Made by a program: the position numbers and the translations under genes. 64,000 nt of DNA, taken from assembly GCA_004431415.1 (NCBI GenBank), contig QPMI01000085.1:124001-188000 (forward strand). The letters run 5' to 3'. This DNA is from Cyanophora paradoxa CCMP329 (taxonomy: Eukaryota; Plantae; Glaucophyta). Below are positions 42,257-52,456 of the stretch, piece after piece; position 1 is the first letter of the stretch; each line of letters starts with the position of its first letter. Below the pieces are notes generated by a model. It had not been told where the DNA came from, searched no databases, and saw nothing but the letters and a program-made list of their open reading frames with translations.

Positions 42257-42835
42257 TCATTCGAGCCTCCTACGCTTCGCCTCCTTCTCTTCCGCTTCGC
42301 GTATGTACTGCTCCTGCCAGCGGGGGGGTAGCATCTCCAGGGGCATTGTGTAGTTCTCCTCGAGTGATTCCTGCCAGGGTAGCAGGGGCCGCGGCATCTG
42401 ACGATTGTAACTGTCGCGGATGTGGAAGTAATCGACTACCCAGTTACGGAACACCTCCAACGGTTGGTAGGGCTCGTTTGCCGTCGTCAGAGGCCGCTCG
42501 GCCGTCCACCACTTCTCGAAGATGAGCCGCTGAATCTCTTCTGGGAGGTGCGGTATCATGCTCTTCCGGCTCACGAATGCCATCCAGAGCTGTTTCAGTA
42601 CGTTTATGATACCGTACTCCCCAAAGCCCCAGCGGTAGGGTCCGGCGGGCCGCATGTCCATGCTATCCCCGAACGCGTTCATGGCCAAATAGAGATTCGG
42701 CTTCAGCTTGTTGTACGGAGGTACGTATCCATTGCGCTTGGCCCCCGTGTTCGCTCTTATCCAGGGGATCAAATCTCTAACGTTCTCCACCATTCCCTTC
42801 ACCTCGTCCCTCGTTGTTAGCTCGGGGTATGACAT
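42257..42835 (-). CDS. Viral hypothetical protein with F-box-like motif
   Basis: Start at MSYPEL, preceded by a TTTCT motif; LWMAFVSRKSMIPHLPEEIQRLIFEK. Confidence 0.75.
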   Translation of the reverse strand: MSYPELTTRDEVKGMVENVRDLIPWIRANTGAKRNGYVPPYNKLKPNLYLAMNAFGDSMDMRPAGPYRWGFGEYGIINVLKQLWMAFVSRKSMIPHLPEEIQRLIFEKWWTAERPLTTANEPYQPLEVFRNWVVDYFHIRDSYNRQMPRPLLPWQESLEENYTMPLEMLPPRWQEQYIREAEEKEAKRRRLE

Positions 42836-42878
42836 TTGCAATTGCACACATCGAGAAATTCTAAACGCTACTGCAACG

Positions 42879-43514
42879 ATGGACCTACAACAGGGGAGCG
42901 CGGCGTGGCACGCTGCGCGCCGCGAAAAGCTAACCGCCTCGAACTTTGCCGCCGCGTGCGGCATCAACCCGTGGAAATCCAGGGCCCGCCTCTGGGCGGA
43001 GCTGAGCGGGATCGCGGGGGAAAACAACTTTGACAACCCTGCCCTAACCTACGGGCACGACTACGAGCCCCTCGCGGTCTCTATCTACAAGGCACTGAAC
43101 GATAACGTTGACATTAAACATACCGGACTACACGAACACAAAGAAATGCCGTTCCTCGCCGGTAGCCCCGACGGACTGATAGGAAATGATAGGATTTTAG
43201 AGGTGAAATGCCCTTACAAGGGCGAACTTTACGATAGCGTTCCTACCTATTACATGACTCAACTTCAAGGCCTGCTGGACATCACGGGCCGCGACTGGGC
43301 CGAACTTTTTTGCTTCACGCCTCTGCGCGTGCAAACGTGGTACGTCAGACGGGACGAGAGGTACATTCAGCTCATGAGGAAGTGCTTACAGCTATTCTGG
43401 TCACACGTCAAGGCGGGGACGCCGCCCGAGCCCTACAGCGATCGAATGAAGTCAGAGAACCTCAGCGAGGAGCAGGCGGCGCTGCGCGAGTTTAAGTCGT
43501 ACGCCCTCCTCTAG
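42879..43514 (+). CDS. YqaJ-like (lambda-type) viral exonuclease/recombinase
   Basis: QGSAAWHAARREKLTAS, GHDYEPLA, FLAGSPDGL, LEVKCPY, YYMTQLQG. Confidence 0.92.
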   Translation: MDLQQGSAAWHAARREKLTASNFAAACGINPWKSRARLWAELSGIAGENNFDNPALTYGHDYEPLAVSIYKALNDNVDIKHTGLHEHKEMPFLAGSPDGLIGNDRILEVKCPYKGELYDSVPTYYMTQLQGLLDITGRDWAELFCFTPLRVQTWYVRRDERYIQLMRKCLQLFWSHVKAGTPPEPYSDRMKSENLSEEQAALREFKSYALL

Positions 43515-43969
43515 TGTCCGGACCTTTCCAATACTCTATATGATTATTGGGAGGGTCGGGACACATCTCTTAGGTGGACTACTTTCGTCCCAGGCCCTTG
43601 TAAGACAAATACCAATATTCCAATGACCCCGGACAGCGCTTCGTCGGACTAGGTAGTGTCCGGACCTTTCCAATACTCTATATGATTATTGGGAGGGTCC
43701 GGACACATCTCTTAGGTGGACTACTTTCGTCCCAGGCCCTTGTAAGACAAATACCAATATTCCAATGACCCCGGACAGCGCTTCGTCGGACTAGGTAGTG
43801 TCCGGACCTTTCCGATAATCTATATGATTCTAGGGAGGGTCCGGACACATCTGTTGGGCGTACGACTTTCGTCCCCAATATTCCAATGACCCCGGACAGC
43901 GCTTCGTCGGACTAGGTAGTGTCCGGACCTTTCCAATAATCTATATGATTCTAGGGAGGGTCCGGACAC
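43514..43969 (+). repeat. Tandem repeat (142, 142, 121 bp plus a partial unit), each unit starting with a 51-bp hairpin
   Basis: Units start at 43514, 43656, 43798, 43919; GTGTCCGGACC...GGTCCGGACAC stems around an AT-rich loop. Confidence 0.95.
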
Positions 43970-44077
43970 TGATTTTGGAACGCCATCTGTGCATGCTCGA
44001 CATTGCAAATCGATTGAGCTCAAGTGGGCGCACGACTCGTGTAAATTTGACAGACATCTCAAAGATCGGATCTAGAT

Positions 44078-47000
44078 CTAGATACGCCTGTGAACCAACG
44101 AGTAGCAATCGCGAAAGACGGTGTACACCTCCGAAATACTCGGGGCTGCGCCTAGCGCCGCGAATGCAGCACCCTGCTGCGCCTGCCGCTCGACTGCATC
44201 CTCAAATATGTCCTCCTTCCACGTGACGTATCTGCGCTTGCGATGTCCCAGCTGCCCGCCGTCCTCTTCGCTGAAAACGCGCCTCACTCCCATGTACTTT
44301 TCGAGCAGGTACTTGATCACTTGCCAGCACTGCTGCGAGAGCTTCTTTTGCTGTTCGGCCGTAGCATCCAAGCGAGGGCAACGCTCATCCAAACTCTGCA
44401 GTGCCGCATAGGCCTCCCGACCGTCTGCGGAGGCGAGCGCCTCGTAGGCCTCCTTCGACCAGAGGACGCGCCCCACCAGCTTGCCGTACCCCTTCCAACC
44501 AAACAATTTCTTGAAAAGCGACACGATCTTAGAAACCTTTAGGCGCTCCGTCGAAGGCACGATCTCTTCAAGGGCATGTCGTATTTCAGCACCAGGTGGA
44601 TCGTCGCCTTCAGCGGAATCGAGTACATCGTGCTCCACATCCAAGAGACGTCATCCTCGGTCAGCTCGTCGGAACTCTTAACGAGAAATGCAGCGACAGC
44701 TGCCCGAGTGAGCGACAGCAACTTATCGGACTCGAGCTGCGCAAGAGATTTGCGGGATTTCCTCCACTCTTGGACGAGGTCGTTGAGCGCGGCTGGGCCG
44801 AGGACACCGGCGTTCAGCACGCTCTCGATCTCTCGCTTCTGCCTCGCCCGCTCTTGTGCAGGTGCATTCGGTCCCTGGTCCTCCGTGATTAGCACATTCA
44901 TCCACGGGCAGGTAGAGAGGAGCCGAAGTCGAGCGGCGACAGCAAGGCGGCGGGTCGGCATGCCGGCTCGCCGAGTGCCGTGGTGAATTGCTTTCAGATC
45001 CAGAAAGCGCTGCGCATCTGCATCGTCGCTCCCGTCACTCTCGTGCCAGTGCCCGATTGCCTTCTGCACCTGCACTTGCGGCGTACGATTCTTGCGGACG
45101 GCGACGAGCAGGTGCTCCCCCCCTGGCGGATCGCCCTGCAGCTGCTCACGCAGAGCTCTCGCTCGAAACAGCAGCTGCACGATGTCTTCGGACTCCAGCT
45201 GTGCGGGCTCCACGTGGAAGATGCCGTAAATTTTGTCGAAGTGCGCTTCGGGAAAATCAACGCCTGCCCCGAGCGCAGATGTAGCGATCAGCACGTCGCA
45301 AGCTTTATACGCTCCCTCTTCCGATAGATCGACGGGTGAGATGCGAACGGGCCCCTCCTTGATGAAGCGACAGCTCTTCTCCTTCGCCTGACCGACGATC
45401 AAGCCAATCACGAAGGGTGAGGCAGACTCGTCAGCCCAATCGCGTGCCGATTCCTGCGCTTGCCTTGCTAGGCTCTCTGCAATCTCCATTGCCTTTGCGG
45501 GCGTCTCTGTGATGACCAAAGCGCGGTGACGACCAGGGCGGCACTGGATCATCAAATCGGATTCCACGTGATCCGGGCTGTCCGTGACACGCATTTTCCA
45601 CGAGCAGGTCCGCCTGGAGTTGTAGAGCAGTCGAAGGCTCGCCCCCCTCTCTCGCGCAGACTCTGCTAGGTACGCAAGGTCAACAGGTCGCACGAATCCA
45701 TCCATAGCCACAATGCGAGATGCTTGCATCACACCCCTCCAGAGACCCACGCAGCGCTCGTTGCGAGGGAGTGATCGCACGCCGAAGTCAAGGCCAACAG
45801 GCTCGAGAGTCCCACTCGAAGTCAGATGCTTCGTGAGCGACGAAATTTCATCGAGGACCACCAAGATAGGTGTCCGGTCCTTCCAGTCCTCAAGCACTTT
45901 GTGCAGAGAATCCAACGTGATGATAACGCACCTGCACTTCGGATGGCGGTAACCGTACTCGCCGTGTGACCCCTTCGAGTGTTTCGGTGGCTTCTGAATG
46001 TCCATGTACAACAAGGCGTTGTCCGGCAGGTTCGCGGCGTCCAGACGTCGCTTCAAATCACGGCTAAAAGCTCTACGACAGGTTACGAGAATCACGTGCC
46101 AGTCGCTTTCTAGGGCCGGCCGCAGGTATGTGTCGATGAGCGCCTGCGTTTTCCCAGTGTTGAGACCCGAGCAGATGACATCCACTTGAGCGTGGGTCGG
46201 CTGGGCTGGCAGCTCGCCGAAAGTGGAAGTTAGAATGTCGCGAGTCAGGAAGCGCTCGTCCACGAGCTCGTAGCTCACAGAGGACGGAACCATGTCTGCG
46301 GACTCGAGTGCGAGCAGAAGCGTCGGTAGCGCAATGTCAAATGCCACGGGCTGGGTTGGGTCTGTGAAATACTGCCCGAAAGCGCGCGCAGCGGACGAGC
46401 TGCCCTCAGGCTCCACCTCGATCCCATACGCGCGTATAGTGATCCTAAACGCGAATGCTGTCCCTGGACTCGCAATTAGGGGCAGTTAATGAGTATTAGT
46501 ATGGAGCCATCGGGCCCGGGCTGGAGATCTTGCACTCGACGGTGGTCGTGCAAGTCGATGCTGATGCGCAGAGCCTGACCAGCTCGCCATAGCTCATCTC
46601 GCACCAGCTTGTTCTCGTGCAAAAGATCAAGGAATCGTTTGAAAATGGCGCTCGAGCTCGAAACTGAGCTAGCTGCAGCTACAGCATCCGCCGCGGGATT
46701 CGAGTTCCAAGCCGAGGTGCAAGTGTCCGTCGCAAGATCATGAGCGCCGCCGTCCGGAATCGACCGAAGAGCCGCCGCGCCAGTGCCGCTATCGAATTGA
46801 AGCTCGAGCGCTCCAGATGAGCCGAGAACCCAGGCTGCAAAGGCACAGACCTCTTGGTTTTGAACGACGTAAGCAACTCGCAGCTGCGGGCTATTCGACA
46901 CAGGCCGAGAGAACGTGAGGCCTCCGTATTTATCCACGTACGCGCGAGCAGCCGCACAGCTCGTCTCGTCGCCGGCTCCCGAAAAGCAGCTGGGTGTAAT

Positions 47001-47174
47001 TCCAGGCGGGTGGGCAATGCATACGACGGCGCCCAGCACCGGGCTCCAGCTCTTGGTAGCACAGACGAGAGGGAAGCGAAGCAAGAAGGTGGCCTCTTCG
47101 TCGCTAAAGCTGATGGTCTGAACACCTGGAAGGCGCGAGAGGAGCTCGTCGCTGCACACGCTGGCCGGCGCCAT
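44078..47174 (-). CDS. SF2 helicase of herpesvirus UL9 / NCLDV origin-binding-protein type; one gene of about 1030 aa broken by two 1-nt frameshifts
   Basis: SGLNTGKT, VTCRRAF, ITLDSLHKV, VVLDEISS, VAMDG, LIATSALGAGVDF..HFD, VQLLFRAR. Adding one C in the C-runs at about 46480 and 44572 fuses ORFs 46476-47174, 44539-46416 and 44078-44644. Confidence 0.8.
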
Positions 47175-47266
47175 TCCTACGATGTCCTGTGCTCAGAATT
47201 TTTTGGGGTTGCACTGCAAGGCTCGGGGGCTTCGAATGAGTTCGCTCGCCCACTTGCACCTGCAGC

Positions 47267-47315
47267 TGTCCGGACCCTCCCTAGAATCATATAGATTATC
47301 GGAAAGGTCCGGACA
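47267..47315 (-). repeat. Inverted copy of the hairpin unit
   Basis: Exact 49/49 reverse complement of 43799-43847. Confidence 0.95.
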
Positions 47316-47411
47316 GTACCGTCGTCCGTCCAATAAGAAGAAAAGCTGGGATGGCTGTTGCTGTCTGGCTGTAGTTTGGAAATTTGTAGGACGGCCGTAT
47401 AGGCTAGCACT

Positions 47412-47710
47412 GTTACACGACTTCGTCTGTCTGTTACACAGAATTTGAGGCTGTGTTACACAATTACGTCGGACTGTTACACAAGAGTCTAGCTTCTGTT
47501 ACACAGATCTCAAGCGTACGTTACACAGTTTTGTATGGGAAGGGACTCGTCCGACGACTTCAGAAGTAAAATTGAAGGATGGATCTGGGGCCTTCACACG
47601 TGGATCTGTGTAACACGCGTGGATCTAGCTGTGAGAGACGGGGCGGCAGGCGGGGGCCCGTGTAACACAGCCGCGGGCCCTGTGTAACAGTCGGACGAGG
47701 GGCGTGTAAC
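47412..47710. repeat. Iteron-like GTTACAC array: six direct plus four inverted copies
   Basis: GTTACAC at 47412, 47433, 47455, 47476, 47498, 47520; GTGTAAC at 47608, 47660, 47682, 47704. Confidence 0.9.
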
Positions 47711-49516
47711 AGGCCTGGGCCTGACCTCGGCCTAGCTAGCACTCACTCAACCGGACCCCGTTGAGCGCCCTAGCCTAATAGGGTACAGGCCCGGCAGGTG
47801 GAGGGGAGCCGGCCTAGTCCCGTCGGTCCTGGGCTCGAGCTCCAGTCTCTAGGCCCGGCGCCGCCGGCGGCCGCAGTGCTAGCTAGCCTGGGTTTAGAAA
47901 TTTGTGGGACGGCCGTGTGCATCCACGTGTTCGAGGGTGATTGGTCGACAAAAAAACGTGTCTGAGCTTCAGAGTCTGACGGTCCACGAACCGCCGGTGG
48001 CTACTAGTACGGTACGTAGTAGTGCTAGCTGCGCTGGTACTACCGGTACCGGCGGTACGTACGGCAGGCGTTGGTACTACTAGGTTACTCGGTACTAGAG
48101 TCGGTAGCTAGCTGCCAGTAGTAGCTGGCCCACCCAGGCCCGGTGGTCTAGTGGCTAGTAGTGGGCTAGTACTAGGCTGTGCTAGGCCGCTGCGGCCCGC
48201 CGGGCTGCTAGGCTGTGCCAGCTATAGCCGCTGAGCGGCCTAGCACCGAACTACGGTGCTACGGTAGTGCGGTGCACAGTGCAGCGCCGGTAGCCGCGCG
48301 CCTGCCAGAGTCCGGGAGTCCGCACTGCTCAGCCTGGCAGTGCTCGCTGAGCTCGGAGTCGGTGCTGTCGACCGTCGGAAGTCAGTCTCAGGGCCAGCTG
48401 CGCGCCGGGCCGACGCCTGCAGCGCTGCGCAACCGGTGCATTGCTGCGGCCTTGAGCTCTCTGCAGCTGCAGCCCGCTCGATTCGGCGAGCTTGCAGAGG
48501 CCAGCGCGTGTCGTAGCCTCGTAGACTGCCCGTAGAGGCATTGCACCGGAACCGTACGCACTGTGACGAGAGCCGTGCATCGTGGCCCGAGCAGCCCCAT
48601 GTCGACGCGGCTGCCTCGCCCGTGTACGAGTGTACGTGCGCCCCCGGCCCGGCCCGCGTCCCGAGTCCCGAGCCACGCAGCCTACGCCTTCTAGCTGCCG
48701 GCGCGGCCCCGATTGGAGGCTCTCTCGACGCCCGACTGACGCCGCCTTGCGCAGGCCCGATCGCCGCGGCCGCCGGCCTTCGGAGCTCTCCGAGTCTGAC
48801 CAGCGCTCGAGCTCTCCCGACCCGCGGTCTCTTCAGGTGCGCGCCCGCTGTTCTCGCCCCGCGCTCGCTCTTGCGGTGCTGTACTAGCCGCGCTGAACCG
48901 CTCCGGAGCCGCGGCCCGTTGCTCCGGCCCTCGGCTGAAACTCGGGCCTCGCAGTGCAGGTGCACCCGAGAGTCTGGTCCTGCGCATCCCGGGGGCCCGC
49001 GCTTGCAAGCTGCGCACGTCCCACGTGCTCTAGATACGCTCTAGCGTTCCAGCGCGCTGGCCCGGCGCTCCCGGGCCCCGATTTCGGCTCCGCCCCCGCG
49101 CCCCCGACCTCTTCGCCCGCCTAGCTAAGGCCCGCCCGCCGGCGCCTGGCCCGGATCTCTGCTCAGCGCGACGCAGGGCCCATGGGGCGGGAGGCCGCCG
49201 CTGGCCCAGCGGTCAGGGCGCCGTCCTTGGCCCCGGTGAGTGCGCCCGCCGCCTGCCTTGACCCCCGACCTGAGCCCCTTTTGCAGGGCGCTGGGCTCTC
49301 CAATCGCGCCACTCGCCCTTTCCTGCCCCGCCCCGCCACGCCCGCCCCGCCTCGTGTGCGCTATAGCTAGCTAACCCTGCCCCGCGCCGCAGAGGGTTCG
49401 TAGCGGAGGGCTCGCAGGCTGCGGCGCCAGTGCTCAAGACGGAGCCCGAGCCCTGCAGACGCAGACGTCGAGATGGCGGAGGCCAAGGCGCCCGGCTCCC
49501 CTGCCCCTCGCTCGAG

Positions 49517-50173
49517 TCACTGTGTTTTTTCAAGGCCACTCAAACTACGCATCTGTACACATGGCTGCCTGCAAGTTCGTGGGAAGGGGGTGCGCCTTAG
49601 GAGGGCGGGGAGGGTGTCTGGAATCGGCAGTGCCGGTATCGCCTGCGCCGGGATCTCATTCAGAACAGCATGGCGTCCATGATGCTCCAAGGCGAGAATG
49701 TTGTAGCACTGAGCTGCTTCAATTTCTGTTTTGAAGTAGAACTCTTTCACTTTCTTCGGGGCCACCTTTATTTTGGCCGCCCAGAGTTTCTCTCGTTTCC
49801 GGAAGCCCACACCCTTGAACTTCGAGGTGAATTCACGACCAGCTGGTGCACGTGTCTTGGCTCTGTTCCTGCAGTTTTCGGATTTAGTGACAAACTCTAG
49901 GTTGCTTTTCCGATTGTCGAGCTTGTTTCTGTTAATGTGGTTCGTTTCTTTTCCTGCAGGCGGCTTGCCCATGATGAAATGATGAATCAGCACGTTTCGA
50001 TGTTTTCCTTCTCCGTTCCATTTCATGTATGCCTTTGCGTAGCCCAGGTAGTTGACGCTCCAACCATGTTTCGACACTCGCTCGTAGTCCTCGGCATCGA
50101 TGAGCATGTGCAGGCCCTCGCCATGTTTGCCTGATAATTTCACCTCTATGCAGTTTCCGGCTGTTCCCTGCAT
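49517..50173 (-). CDS. HNH-AP2 endonuclease (homing-endonuclease-like)
   Basis: LIDAEDY, IHHFIMG, NHINRNKLDNRKSNL (HNH); SKFKGV...WAAKI...FKTEIEAAQCYN (AP2). Confidence 0.9.
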   Translation of the reverse strand: MQGTAGNCIEVKLSGKHGEGLHMLIDAEDYERVSKHGWSVNYLGYAKAYMKWNGEGKHRNVLIHHFIMGKPPAGKETNHINRNKLDNRKSNLEFVTKSENCRNRAKTRAPAGREFTSKFKGVGFRKREKLWAAKIKVAPKKVKEFYFKTEIEAAQCYNILALEHHGRHAVLNEIPAQAIPALPIPDTLPALLRRTPFPRTCRQPCVQMRSLSGLEKTQ

Positions 50174-50241
50174 CTTTGCTAGAGCTTAGAAAAAAGTCTG
50201 CAGACACACTGGCAGTTTTTCTAAATTCAGACATCGAAACC

Positions 50242-50433
50242 ATGGCCTTCGCTGACTCCTATCCCAACCACTACACCCTTGGAGCCCTCGCCGCGACCCT
50301 CACCTGGCTCCTCGGCGGCACCCCCACGGCCTCGGCGGTCATAGGCGTGGGCTTTGGCTATGCCGCCAAGTCCCTCTACGCCCCCGGCGGCGCCTCGCAG
50401 GCCGCGGCCGGCATGCGCCCCGCCGGGCGCTAA
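50242..50433 (+). CDS. Small hydrophobic viral membrane protein
   Basis: 63 aa, hydrophobic Gly/Ala segments; TTTTTCTAA upstream. Confidence 0.6.
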   Translation: MAFADSYPNHYTLGALAATLTWLLGGTPTASAVIGVGFGYAAKSLYAPGGASQAAAGMRPAGR

Positions 50434-50527
50434 CATTTCAAAGTTCATTCTCCCCTCCCCCTTTCCGAGTTCCAAGTCCGTTGGCGTTCCCTTTTAAATT
50501 TTCTTCATTCTCGTTACACGTTCGAAG

Positions 50528-51007
50528 ATGTCGAGCGCGGTAGAGAAGCTGCTGTGCACCGTGTTCAAATCGGATTCGCGATGCAGCAAGATCGGCGAGG
50601 CGGCGAGGGCTAAGGGCGGGGCGGCGGCGGAGGGGCCCAGGGTGAAGGCGGCAGATCCCGCGCCGCCGTCGCTGAAAACGATCAAGGGGGCGGGCAAGGG
50701 CAGGAGCGTGGGGGCGCTGCCCCTCGTGGCGATCGCGCCGGGGCAGAGGGAGGCGGCGCACGCGGCGACGGCGGCGCTGGCCGCGCGGCGCCAGGCGGAG
50801 GCCTACCCGTGCCTGGGCCGGGGGCTGCACCCGCCGGCCGGCCGCCCCTACGCCGTGAGCGCCTACTTCGACGAGGCCAACCGGCTGAGCTGCCAGGAGC
50901 TGTGCGACAACCGCATGCGGCGCGCCGTGGACGGGCACCTGCCGCTGCTGGTGGCGCTGGGCGGCTCGCTCCTGATGGTCTGGTACCTGCGCGGCCTGGT
51001 CATTTAG
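50528..51007 (+). CDS. Viral protein with Cys residues and a C-terminal TM
   Basis: 159 aa ending LLVALGGSLLMVWYL; upstream motif. Confidence 0.65.
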   Translation: MSSAVEKLLCTVFKSDSRCSKIGEAARAKGGAAAEGPRVKAADPAPPSLKTIKGAGKGRSVGALPLVAIAPGQREAAHAATAALAARRQAEAYPCLGRGLHPPAGRPYAVSAYFDEANRLSCQELCDNRMRRAVDGHLPLLVALGGSLLMVWYLRGLVI

Positions 51008-51044
51008 ATAGTTTTTCGAAACCTCGGTTGGAAGCTAGCCAAGG

Positions 51045-51371
51045 ATGAGCTGGCTTGATGCGCTGCTCACGAAGACCTTCGGCCCCAAGGGCCAGCCGCG
51101 CCTGCAGTTCGGCGAGATCAACGCGGCGATTGGCGCCACGGTGGAGACGAAGAACCGAGAGAACGTCCTGCGCGGCGACGGAGGCGCGTGGGCCGACATT
51201 GCGGCGGGCGCCCTGGGCTCCGCGCTCACCGCACCGGGCAAGGCGGGCCGCGCGCTGACGGACGGGGCCGAGCGCTTCTGGCACTGGCTCAAGGTGGCCG
51301 TTGTCATCGCCGCAGCGGTTGTGGCGGGTCTCCTGGTGCTCGAGGCTCGCGCGCTATTTTCTAAACGCTAG
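51045..51371 (+). CDS. Viral protein with C-terminal TM
   Basis: 108 aa; VAVVIAAAVVAGLLVL. Confidence 0.7.
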   Translation: MSWLDALLTKTFGPKGQPRLQFGEINAAIGATVETKNRENVLRGDGGAWADIAAGALGSALTAPGKAGRALTDGAERFWHWLKVAVVIAAAVVAGLLVLEARALFSKR

Positions 51372-51387
51372 GTAAACTGAGCGAACC

Positions 51388-51765
51388 ATGCCCCGCGGCG
51401 GCTCTTCCCCCCGTGTTTCCTTCGCTGAGAACCCGGTGGCGAACGCAGTCGCCCCTACCCCCCTGGAGCCCGGAGTGAAGCTGGAGCGTGCGAACGCAGT
51501 CTCCGTCAAGAAGGCCAAGCGCGCGCTGGCGCTGGAGGTCCCGGTCGCGGAGGATACGGAGAAGGTTGCATTCAACAAGCGCAAGACGTACAAGGCGATA
51601 CGCGAGGGACAGCTGCTGCCCACGGACTCGGTTCCCGGGCTGCCGGGCACCACGGCCGGCGAGCTCCTAGTGCGCAACCTGCGCCTGCAGTACGTCTCCC
51701 GCCTCCGCCGCTCCAAGGCCAAGAAGGCGCGCCTGGACTCGGGCGATAGCAGCTCTAGCTCGTAG
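51388..51765 (+). CDS. Basic viral hypothetical protein
   Basis: 125 aa, Lys/Arg-rich; TTTTCTAA upstream. Confidence 0.65.
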   Translation: MPRGGSSPRVSFAENPVANAVAPTPLEPGVKLERANAVSVKKAKRALALEVPVAEDTEKVAFNKRKTYKAIREGQLLPTDSVPGLPGTTAGELLVRNLRLQYVSRLRRSKAKKARLDSGDSSSSS

Positions 51766-51792
51766 GGCTCTGTACTGTTGTATTCAATGCCT

Positions 51793-52077
51793 TTACCAGT
51801 TCCTGTTCCTATCCCAGAGCACGACTCGGGTGAAGGGCACGGTCATAGCGAACATGAACTCGGCGAACTTTGCAAAGTTCATCAGGGTTCCCAGGCGGGG
51901 ATCCTCCCAGTAGATCGCCTCGCGCAGCGCCTCGTAGATGCGCATGAGGGAGCGCTCGTTCTCCGTCGCGAAGGCGTCGCCGGGCTCGTCGGGGTCGGGA
52001 TCCGTGAGCTCGGAGTACTCGTCCGAGCTGCCCGCGCTCTCGGCGCCTGCGGCGGGGTCGGGCGAGGGGTCGGGCAT
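51793..52077 (-). CDS. Viral hypothetical protein with acidic N-terminus
   Basis: 94 aa; TTTTCTG upstream. Confidence 0.65.
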   Translation of the reverse strand: MPDPSPDPAAGAESAGSSDEYSELTDPDPDEPGDAFATENERSLMRIYEALREAIYWEDPRLGTLMNFAKFAEFMFAMTVPFTRVVLWDRNRNW

Positions 52078-52103
52078 TCTCTACTAGAAGAGGGACCAGA
52101 AAA

Positions 52104-52445
52104 TCACGGGCGCCGGAACTCCATCGAGTCGCCGCGCCAGTACTTGTTGCCGGAGGCGAGCAGCTTCATCGGCTCGCCCGTCGAATCGTGCTTCCAGGCC
52201 TCGCCGTCCCAGAGGGCCGTGCCGCCGTCCTCTAGCTTGAGGCGGTGGCCCGGCTCGAGCCGGTTGCCGTCGAGCATGCGGCCGGCCATGAGCGCCAGGT
52301 CCCACTCGGTGAGGTTGCGCTGCTCTGCGGGGGTGAGGCCGCGCTCGACGCGCTCGGGCTGGCGCGCCTCGCGCTCCATGCGGCTGAGGCCCACCAGGAA
52401 GAAGATGGGCAGCGCAAAGGCCATGAGATCTAGCAGGGCCTCCAT
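52104..52445 (-). CDS. Viral hypothetical protein with N-terminal TM
   Basis: 113 aa; TTTTCTAA upstream. Confidence 0.65.
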   Translation of the reverse strand: MEALLDLMAFALPIFFLVGLSRMEREARQPERVERGLTPAEQRNLTEWDLALMAGRMLDGNRLEPGHRLKLEDGGTALWDGEAWKHDSTGEPMKLLASGNKYWRGDSMEFRRP

Positions 52446-52456
52446 TGAGGAGGGAC

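Noticed and set aside
42708-43036. Overlapping N-terminal extensions of YqaJ and of the 42257 ORF
   Set aside because: ATGs at 42879 and 42835 flank a shared promoter motif and match the domain start.
43514-43969. CRISPR-like array
   Set aside because: Inter-hairpin sequences are near-identical rather than unique spacers; no cas genes; eukaryotic context.
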